Origin: Rebecca billardiae RCC1528
Taxonomy: Eukaryota > Protista > Haptophyta
Direction: 5' to 3'
NCBI GenBank assembly: GCA_965240325.2
Contig: OZ251225.1
Span: 248,001 to 312,000 of the forward strand
Length of the DNA: 64,000 bases
A model generated the notes under the pieces. That model saw only the letters and a list, made by a program, of their open reading frames with translations, did no database searches and had not been told where the DNA came from. A program made the translations under genes and the position numbers. Below, one piece after another: positions 55,279 to 64,000 of this stretch. Numbering within the stretch: position 1 is the stretch's first letter; each line of letters opens with the position of its first letter.

Positions 55279-56068
55279 ATGCGCGCGCTCACGGTTTTGG
55301 CGATCGTCTGTGCGCTTGTGCCGACAGGCGCCACCTACGAGTGGGCGGACTCGCCGGTGTGCGCGTGACGCGTCCGCCACAGAGCCCTCGCGATCAAGCG
55401 CTCAACGCAGGCGGCCCTTTTCCCCGCGCCTTGCGCCTCTGGGAGCAGATCCTCACAGACACCTGGAAGGCGATCTCCGACGGCGATTTCAACACGTTGC
55501 TGGCCTTGGTAGTCTCGCACGACTCCGACTTCGTACATCATCGAGCCTCCGTACGTGCGATCCTGCTCGCTGCGCGTCCTGGCTTGCGTCGCGCTCACTC
55601 GGCGCCGCACCCTCTTGCGCCCCCCACTGGCAGGATGGGCGGGGACCGATGTGGTGGGCGCACGAATTCAGCAACCCCAGTGCGCTCGCACTACTGCAGC
55701 ACTTCAAAGTGACAGAGAGCGACAAGGACGTGAGCGGGCTCCTGCCTGCTGACACATTCCCTGGCAGCGAGGAGGCGCGGATGCAGCTGGTCGCTGACGC
55801 AAAGCAGCGCGTCCCTGGTATCCCAGTGATGCTGCAGCAGTTCGCGGATAAGCTCGAGGAGATGAAGCAGCAGCAGGCTGAGCGCTTCGACGACGACGCG
55901 TCGTTCGCGTCGCCCATGGTGGACCAGGGCGACCAAGAGGATGACTATGGCGACGAGGAGTTTGACGAGGATGAGGACGCCGACGAGGAGGTGGAGGATA
56001 CAGACGACATCGAGGCGAAGATCGCCGCGCTCAAGGCAAAAGCGCAGGAGATGAAGGACGAGGTCTGA
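55279..56068 (+). CDS. Small secreted ankyrin-like protein with acidic tail; exons 55279-55356, 55449-55550, 55634-56068
   Basis: Signal peptide MRALTVLAIVCALVPTGA. Two GT-AG introns join YEWADSP-ILTDTWKAISDGDF...HHRAS-DGRGPMWWAHEF, an ankyrin-like helix-turn-helix. Asp/Glu-rich C-terminus ending KDEV. Confidence 0.7.
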
Positions 56069-56434
56069 ATGGGGTGTTCCAAGGGCTCTGCGGGGCTGCG
56101 CATCCAGACCGACCTAACGTCGATCGTCGTGCCCAGGGTCATCCTCAGACCTGGAAGTATCGCTCGTGCTCGGTGCTGCTGCCGATTGATATTGGCGGGT
56201 GTCAGTCGCAATGGTGATGACCCATTCCGTCCCGTGAGTACAACGCGTTACGCGTGTACGTTGAGCTCACACAGTCGTCTGCGATTGCTGAAGTGTGGTG
56301 AGACTATAATGTCTGTCCGCGCACCAGTAAAGTTCTTTCACGGAGCCAGATAGCCGTTCCGAAATCAAGTTTATGCGGCTCGCCCGCGCGGGCCGCGGCG
56401 AGCTGCCCGAGCAGCAGCATATTTATTAAATCAT

Positions 56435-56497
56435 GAGAGAGAGAGAGAGTGAGTGAGTGAGAGAGAGTGAGTGTGAGAGAGAGAGAGAGAGAGAGAG
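56435..56497 (+). repeat. (GA)n/(GAGT)n microsatellite
   Basis: Directly visible. Confidence 0.95.
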
Positions 56498-57248
56498 TAT
56501 CTATCTAGGTATTTATTTGATCAAATAAATATATATATAATATTGACGCGCGAGTCATCTGATCCGCCGCCTGCCGATATCATTATAGTAATATTATAAT
56601 GTACGTCCGCGGCAGCATTCAGTCAGCCGGCTGGCAGCAGTCGGTTTAATAATTTATCGGTTGATCCTGCCTGTGTCTGACAGACTGTGAGACTGTGAAT
56701 TGATGAGTAAGCTTTTAAAAAGCTATAGCTACTCGGTAAGTACTAAGTTAAAGTACTACCAGCATGCACTGTAACTGTTGCTTGCCTCCGCGGGCGAGCA
56801 GCGCGCAGTTTACGCCGGGCATGTGGACGACCTGCCCACCCTTCATCTTCCAGTTCTTCCTTTCGGCTGGGGCTCGATCAGTCGACGCGGCGTCGCTCAC
56901 AGCGCAGGCAGGTGTTTGGCGTGGCTGCACTCTCGAGGTGGCTGGGATACAACATCCAGGTGCAGCACCCTCCCCGTGTGGTGTCAGAGCGCGCTCTCGA
57001 GCGCGTGCCTCCGAGCGCGGGGCGGCCGCTTGGCGCTTGCTGCAATGGCCGCCTCGATGAGGTGCGGCAACGCGCCCCTCACCTGCCTGCGCCGGTCTGT
57101 TTTGTGGCGGTGTCTTTGTGCAGTGTTGGATGGCGTCAATCACGCCTTAACCAAGTGTGCATGCACGTTAAATCATAGTAGTAAACTGTAACAGAATCAC
57201 CGCTGCCCGCGGCGCCGAGTGGCGCCGTAGGCCTAGCTCATAGTTATA

Positions 57249-59193
57249 GGTGGGTCCCTGGCGATTTTCCAGCGGTCTTTTAAACATTTACCGGGTTTTA
57301 TGGCCGGATTTCTTTTCGCGCGGGGCTCGGGAAAATCGCCGGGCCGCCGGCCGAGGTCCGATCTGAACGCTCCCGACGATGTCGGAGTGCCTCTCCAGCG
57401 CGACCGAGCCGCCGTGTGTCGGGTAGACTACTGCCAACACCTATCGCGCGCTCCAGCGCTTTGCGCGTGCTCACGGATGGGATCCGTGGTCACACATCCC
57501 CCGCCTGGCACGGGCCGGCATGTTTGACTCTCGCCCGGCTAGACGCGTACAGACAACTTGAATCGATCGGCAGGTGTTCGACCCGTGCCTTCGAGCAGGG
57601 TCACTTTTCGCTACAAGCGGGTCAGGCGACGGGAGGCATGGGTCACCATCAGGCATGTGCATACTCTTGACGCTCCCGCCATCTTGAGCAGCTCTACGCA
57701 CCGTGAAGGTGACAATTGGGCTGCGCGCAAGCTGCTCGTGAGAACGCACGACAGCCAGCCCCGGGCTCTCGGGGAGCCATGTGAGCGATTGGCGACTTCC
57801 GAGAGGGCGTGTTTGGTGGGGGTTGGTACCAATAATCGACCAGCAGGCCTGGGATGGGTGCACTGAGGACTTGGGATGCTAAGAAGCCGCCGCGATGTGC
57901 ATCGAGCACGCTGACTTGCCATCCGTGTGCACGATCAAGCGCCAGGAAGATCAGCAGGGCCTTTGACAGCGGCAGCAGGCGCTCAGCGATCCTTCCCTAT
58001 GCCGAGTGTGGGCATAATATGCGGTGCTCGAGCGTGGTCGCAGGATATGGGTCCATTCTTGACAGAACTCGGTCGCGTTGACAGGCGCGGGTGCCACCCC
58101 ACGCTGTTGCTCCTGCCATCGGGTGGTCCCACTCGTTCCGCTTGTTATCTGCGAAGACTCGTACTCAGCAAATCTACGGCTAGGCGTGGTAGACCCCTCA
58201 GACGCATGTCTGATGATTGCCCGGCACGTTCTCGTCGTCACGTTGGGTGTACTTGAGCGAGCGGAAGCCGCAACGTGATGGCTAGGCCAGCAGCTCAACC
58301 ATCTGACGTCTCGCCGGCCAACTGGCTGAGTGCTCTCAGCCTAGCAGCAGCGTCGGTGAACCTATCGTATTGCTGCCTGGCAAGAAGATTGTAGGAGGTA
58401 TCGTCCACGGCATGGGCTGCAGCTGCGGTAGTCGTGGACTGGTGGCGGCCTCACGCGGGTGGGCATACGACGACCGGTGACACGCTGAGTACGAGCACGG
58501 AAGCCGCCGAGCGCGGCAAGCTCCGGCGGTGGCGTTGGCTGATAGTCCAGCCTCGACGGCGGAGGGCTCCCGTGTGACGACGGTGACATGCTCGGTGGCG
58601 GGCGATGATGCGTGCCTCGGCACGCAGCCCGCCACAAACACTGCCACTCGCAGGCAGCCTCCCGTTGCGGCCCGGTTTGCCTGTGTCCGCGTCGCTCGGC
58701 GCCTATTCGATGACCCAACAAACGTACCCACATATCGGAACGAATTTGAATATATAGTGAGCCACATCCATGGTCCATATAAAGTGGGTAACCTTCGTTA
58801 TATATACGGGTAATTGGCTATATACAAAGTGGGTAATCTGCTCGATCTTGCTGTAGTTTGTTGGAGGTATCCGCGCACAGCATAGAGCCCCACTCTTTGC
58901 TTCATAAAATGGTTCGGTCGGGTGTCAACGGTTGCCAATAAGTCATTCCGATCGCATGTCGCCATCTAGCCACCATAACCATCAAGTAACGCTTCGCAAA
59001 ATCTCTATGTGACACTAGTGGCGCGGCGCGCGCGCGCTCGGCCGCGCGACGGCACGCGGAGTAGGATTTGAGGTCGAAACTTTTGCTCCGCCCCGATGGG
59101 ACGCATTTATAGCGTCGGTTCTGGGTGAGAGACGAAATCTAGGACGCCATTCTGAGTGCGCCAGAATATCGCCCCAGTTGGGAGGGACCCACC
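57249..59193. mobile_element. Degenerate non-autonomous TIR element (~1.95 kb) flanked by TA
   Basis: TA|GGTGGGTCCCT at 57247-57259 and AGGGACCCACC|TA at 59183-59195. Subterminal ggcgattttccag is similar to the reverse complement of ccagaatatcgcc. The interior has lower GC and no credible ORF. Confidence 0.6.
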
Positions 59194-59654
59194 TAAATTA
59201 GTTATGGCGGGCCGTTTTTTAATATTATATTCATCATCACTGTCTCATCGGGTAGATATAGACGGCGGGTATAAATCATGCGGCGGCAATCGGCAATCGG
59301 GACTCATCGGGTCACTACTCACTAGACTCTAGCAAACCGTTGTAGCAGACGGTGTAAGTGAAGGTGCGTTGGGGCGACGAGCCGGGCGGCATCGGCCGCC
59401 ACGCACTGGAAACCCACTGAAGCCGGGGCACAACCTTTCGCGCTGAACCCTCTTGAACCGGTCCCGACGGCACGGACGGTAGTCGTCGGCCTCCACGGAG
59501 TCGGTCCATCACTGGTCCATGCAGTGAGGGTTATTGCAGCCGACCATCGGAAGGCGCCGGCGGCGATCGCGCAGGACCTGGGTCCTGGCTCGCTGTCAGA
59601 AACGCGAGCTCGGTTCCTCAACGCCACGTGGCGTACGGAGCACGCGCACGGGTT

Positions 59655-60287
59655 TCAATCGGGGTGCGCCCGCTGCTCAATGTAGTGAATCGATGCAATG
59701 GCCACGAAGATGGCCGCGGAGAGGGTTGCGCCGAGCTGGAAGTAGCCCCACGCCACCTCTGCCACAGTCAGTGTGAGAAAGACGTTTCGTACTCGATCGC
59801 GGATCTGCTGCGCGGCTGCAATCGCCCTCTCGCTGAGCAGGCCGACGCCCGCCGCTGATGTCGCCGCATCAGCGGCGGCGCTTGCAGCCTTCTTCGTCTT
59901 GTGGCGGTCAACAAAGCGGATGAGGTCGTCAAACGAGCGGTCTCCCGAGTACGCAAACACCTTCCCCTGGTGAAAGAGCACGACAGTCGGATAGCCAGTG
60001 ATGGAGAAGCGCTGCGCAAGAGCCGTCTCCTGGGTGGCGTCGACCTTGGCCACGTGCACGCCCGCCGCTCGATCTTTGGTGTGATAGTGCTGAGCCACCC
60101 GCTCGTACACGGGTGCGAGCTGCTTGCAGTGGGCGCACCACGGCGCGTGGAAGTTGAGCAGCCACGTGCCGCCTTTGGTGCGATGTTCGAAGTTCTGCTG
60201 TGTCAACGCGATCGTGTGCTGAGCTGTTGTCAAGGGCAGGAGCATCGCTGCCACCCAACATGTCATCGCCCGAGTCGCCACCGCCAT
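59655..60287 (-). CDS. Thioredoxin/PDI-family membrane protein (TMX-like)
   Basis: Signal peptide; WLLNFHAPWCAHCKQLAP; AKVDAT; ITGYPT; YSGDRS; C-terminal TM helix. Start at ATG 60287 or a nearby downstream ATG. Confidence 0.9.
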   Translation of the reverse strand: MAVATRAMTCWVAAMLLPLTTAQHTIALTQQNFEHRTKGGTWLLNFHAPWCAHCKQLAPVYERVAQHYHTKDRAAGVHVAKVDATQETALAQRFSITGYPTVVLFHQGKVFAYSGDRSFDDLIRFVDRHKTKKAASAAADAATSAAGVGLLSERAIAAAQQIRDRVRNVFLTLTVAEVAWGYFQLGATLSAAIFVAIASIHYIEQRAHPD

Positions 60288-60421
60288 GCTGAGCAAGCGC
60301 TCACCGCCGCTTTGGCCGCAAGAGCCGAGGCCGCGTGTGGGGCCCGGTCGCCCGGACAACGCAACCAGCTCGCCTGTGTGGTGGGCGACCAAGCGAGAGC
60401 TCGGCCTCTGGGAGGGCGAGG

Positions 60422-60679
60422 ATGGTGCCGCGCGGGGTCCGCGAGCTCAGGCTGCTGCTGTGCAAGGGGGCTCCCAGCGAGGGCGCGAAGCAGTTCATCA
60501 TCGAGAAGTATAGCGCCATCAAGGGCGCCAACCCCAAACTCCCCTTCCTCGTGCGCGAGATGAGTGGCGTGACTCCCATGCTCACCGCACGATTTGACCA
60601 CGGTCACGAGAAGGCGGTGCCGCTGGCAGGACTCTCGTCTGGCGACGTGGCGAAGAAGCTGGCTGAGCTGAAGGCCTGA
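60422..60679 (+). CDS. NDUFA2: NADH:ubiquinone oxidoreductase subunit A2 (CI-B8)
   Basis: VRELRLLLC...SEGAKQFI...Y..IK.ANPKLPFLVRE.SGV.P...ARFDHGHE. Confidence 0.92.
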   Translation: MVPRGVRELRLLLCKGAPSEGAKQFIIEKYSAIKGANPKLPFLVREMSGVTPMLTARFDHGHEKAVPLAGLSSGDVAKKLAELKA

Positions 60680-61615
60680 TGAGCGAGGCGCCGCGCTCGT
60701 CGATGCGCTCAACTCGCCCTTTGCCTGCACATCGTCACACGACGGTTAGCAGGATTTGCGACGCGTCAGGGGCCGCGGAGTACGGCCTCGTCGAGAAATG
60801 GCGACAGAAGCCACAACGACGGTCCAGAACGTCGACCTGTGCCACGATGGTCATACAGTTTGGGTCAGGCCGGATGGGCTGATTCCGGACTGATGGCTGT
60901 GGCTCACTGCCGTCAGCCGGCTCGCACCCGTCACCCGCGGCCGTTGACCGCGTAAGCTGACCGGAGTACAGTACTGCCGCGGCTCGGCCGAGCTAAGATT
61001 GCCGGGCCGTCTCGGGGCCGCCTCCGAGACTGAGTCGTCAGTCTTCGCGTCATCTGAAGGCGGCGGATCAGCAGCTGCACATCGTCGCCATAGTACTATA
61101 CGACTACGCTGCTATATCATGGTCAGAACCGCGAGCAAGATTTCCCGGAATCCCGCGCCGCGACTCGGCGGGCCACTCGGTCTCGGAGACGGCGCCGGGC
61201 TGCCGGGCACTTCCCGCCGAGCCGAGCCGCACTGAAAGCGTACTACTCCGCCACGGATTCCACCGGGGCCGGGGCCGGCTCGGCGACCATACTGAGCTAG
61301 TACTGACGTAGTTACTCCCGGCGGTACTCTCCCGCCGAGTCTCCGTAGCGGGCCTCTATGCCTGCGGCCGTGGCCGTGGGGCCCCTTATTGGCTGATATC
61401 GGCGTGGGCTCAAGTATCAGCATCGCGGATCATAGTGCCTTATGGTAGTGGCGCCGATATACGGCGCATTCAGATTTCAGAGTACTCGTCGTACGGTCTG
61501 GACACTGAGTCAGGACAGATCCTGGCGGATCGGAATATTCGGATGATAAATGACTAATCGGAACTCGATGATGAAATCTGCTGTGCTGATGATTGATCAC
61601 TCTGCTCGACGACGC

Positions 61616-63834
61616 TCAATTTTCGTCGCTATCGGCTGCCGCGTCGCTGTCATCCTGATCCTCGTCTGCCGCCGCGGCGAGCCGAGCGAGCGCGCCGCTG
61701 GACGGGTCGGAGGCGACTGCCTCGCGATGGAGGCGGGCGAGCTCTCGCGCGCGCGCCGTGTAGTCGGCGCGCTCCTCCTCGTCCAGCGCGCGCCAGCGCT
61801 CGCCGAGCAGCTTGGCGACCTGTGTCGCGCTCGCCTCCGGCTGCTCTGCCTGCACGCCCGATCGCGCGTCCGCGCTGAAGAGGAAGAAGGCCGTCGGCGG
61901 CCGCTTGGGCTTGGCGGCGCTCGCGGCGCCGCGTGGCTGCGCCGCCGCCGCGCCGCGCCGCCTGGACGAGGCGCGAGGCGGGGCGGGCGCCTTGCTGGCG
62001 GGCGGCGCCGGAGGCGGCGCGTGCCCGGCCGCGCCGGAGCTCGGCGCGTCCGGCTTCCGGCGCTTGCTGGCGCCCTGGCCGCTCGGCGGCGCGGGCAGCA
62101 GCGACGAGGGCGCGCACAGGTGGTCAGCGCGCACGCCGCGCGCCTTGGCCATGCCCGTGATCGCGCTCTGCAGCCGGCTGGACGCAAAGTTGGCGAAGCG
62201 CGCGTCGAAGGGCAGCATCGCGTCGATGCGCTGCTGCGAGACGGTCACGTCGAACTTGTCGAGCACGGGCAGCAGCTGCGCGTCCGTGTGCTCGTGCGAC
62301 CAGCCAAACTTGTCCGCGCAGAAGGCGCGCAGGCCGGCGAGGTCGGGCCGCGCCCAGCGCAGCTCGGGCGGCGCGCCGCCGTCCGGCGCGGTGGGCACGT
62401 CGACGTGGGGCTGCGCGTACGCGGCGCGCACGCGCTCGCTCGGGAAGTCGTCGGGGAAGATCCAGTTCCGCCGGAGCTTGCGGTGCTTGTGCTTGAACGC
62501 CGCGAGCCGCGCCGCGTGCTCGTCCTCGCGCGCGCCCTCGGGCGGCGCCTGCTCGTCCGTGAGCGCCTCTGCCCACGCGCGGAAGCGGCCGAGGTCGAGC
62601 GGCGCGCCCGGCAGCGGGCGGAAGGCGCTGGTGACCTCGGCGGCGTTGACGATGCCCACGCCCTTCACGCCCTCGGTGTAGTCCGAGCCGAGCAGCAGCG
62701 CCAGGTCGATCAGGTCCGCCCTGCCCAGCCCCAGCTCCGCGCCCACGTCCCGCGCCTCGAGCAGCTCCACGTGCCGCCGCTGGTCGAAGAGGTTGCGGTA
62801 CACGCGCGTGCCGCCGAACAGGAGGACGTCCGAGTCGTCGGTGGCGACGCCGTCGACGAGGCCCGCCATCTCGAGCGCGGCGCACTGCGCCTCCGCCTCC
62901 ATCGGCGCGACCACCGCCGGCACGCCGAACAGCCGCAGCAGCTCGTGGCACTCGTCGAGCAGCTCGGGCGTCACGCTGTCCGCGTCACGCGCCGCGCGCC
63001 GCTGCGCCTCCTTGAGCCGGTCGAGGTCGCGCTGCGCGGACAGCTCGCGCGCGCGCTGGGCGGCCGCGGCGGCCGCGGCGGCGGAGGAGGGGTCGGGCGT
63101 CTGAGCCGCCGTGCCGTCGGCGCCTGGTGCCACGCCGGGCGCAGGCGCCCCGACCGAGCCCGCGGGGAACCACGCGACCGCGCCCGGCGCGAGCCGAGAC
63201 GCGGCCGCGCCGGCCGCGGCCGCGGGCGGCGCTCGGGGCGCGGCCGCGGGGGCCGCCGCGCCCTGAGCCGCCCGCGCCGCGCCGCTGATCGGAGGTGGCA
63301 GCGCGGACGGGCCCGCCGCTGCCGCCGCTGCTGCCCCGCCGTCTCCGGTCAGCACAGCCCCAGCCGCCCCAGCCCCAGCAGCAGCCCCAGCAGCAGCAGC
63401 AGCCTGCGCACACGCCGCCAGCGGAGCCGCCGGCCGCGCTGCCTGCCGGGGCGCCGCCGGTGGTGGTGTGCTAGCACTCGGCGCGGCAGCTGCTGCCGGC
63501 GTGGGCAGCCGCGCCGCGGACGAGCTGGGTGGCGCGCTGGCCTGCGCCACGCAAGGCGTGGGCGAGGCGCGTGGCGCAGCAGAGGCGGGGGCAGCGTGCT
63601 TCGCATGGGCTCCGGCCGCGCCGCGCGCGCTCGGGCCGCGGGCTGCTGCGGCGTCCACCGCGCCCGCGGCGGCACCATCCGCGACCGCCAGCTGTGAGCC
63701 CGCGCGGCCGCCAGCGTGCGGCCGCGCGAGGGGCTGCTCGCGGTCTGCGTGGGCGGGGCCTCGCTCGAGCCCGCGCGGCGGCCCATCCCCCGCCTCCGCC
63801 CACACCTCCTCCTCCTCCTCCTCCTCCTCCTCCT

Positions 63835-63885
<51 letters not shown>

Positions 63886-64000
63886 GGTGTGTCGGCGGCC
63901 CGTCCTGCGAGGGCGGGGAGCTGGGTGGGCTGGGCAGCGCCTCCTGCCCGAGCTCGGAGCGGCGCATCGCAGCGAGCCACTCCGGCTGGCGCGAGGCGGC
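61616..64000 (-). CDS. XPG: XPG/Rad2 (ERCC5-like) structure-specific endonuclease, I-domain and H3TH, with a C-terminal HMG box; 5' part outside the window
   Basis: RDADSVT; LLRLFGVPAVVAPMEAEAQCA; VDGVATDDSDVLLFGG; LLGSDYTEGVKGVGIVNA; FPDDFPS..V..AY; QQRID; SSRLQSA. Then HMG box KPKRPPTAFFLFS...R...P...TQVAKLLGERWRALDEEERADY. The frame stays open to the window end. Confidence 0.9.

Overview
GC-rich eukaryotic nuclear DNA with short introns, one of them GC-AG. The style suggests a haptophyte-like alga, which is inference only. Housekeeping genes sit mostly in tight head-to-head pairs: a RanBP2-zinc-finger protein with RPN5/PSMD12; a saccharopine-dehydrogenase-like reductase with a secreted beta-propeller protein; FPP synthase with a GST; an EF-hand-TTC4/Cns1 fusion with a small secreted ankyrin-like protein; and a TMX-like thioredoxin with NDUFA2. 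Also present are an F-box/SMI1/ApaG protein, the 3' part of an XPG gene with a C-terminal HMG box, and a 5,482-aa intronless polycystin-1/REJ-like receptor with an ~8.4-kb Ser-Pro repeat stalk. Four mobile elements were found by reading the DNA. (1) A 4.9-kb non-coding element with split direct repeats (A1...B1-A2-x-B2), the TOC1/PAT/Ngaro tyrosine-recombinase retrotransposon layout. (2) A ~9.1-kb Helitron2/Helentron-type HUH Rep element whose ORF has Myb/SANT-like repeats and a ubiquitin-like domain but no helicase. It is bracketed by 23-bp direct repeats, with a 23-bp tandem array upstream and three related palindromes downstream. (3) A 1.1-kb TIR element with a GCCT target-site duplication inside an HTH-USP gene fragment. 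(4) A 1.9-kb TIR element flanked by TA. Most long ORFs in the supplied track are antisense or frame shadows. All domain calls are by eye from motifs; no searches were run.
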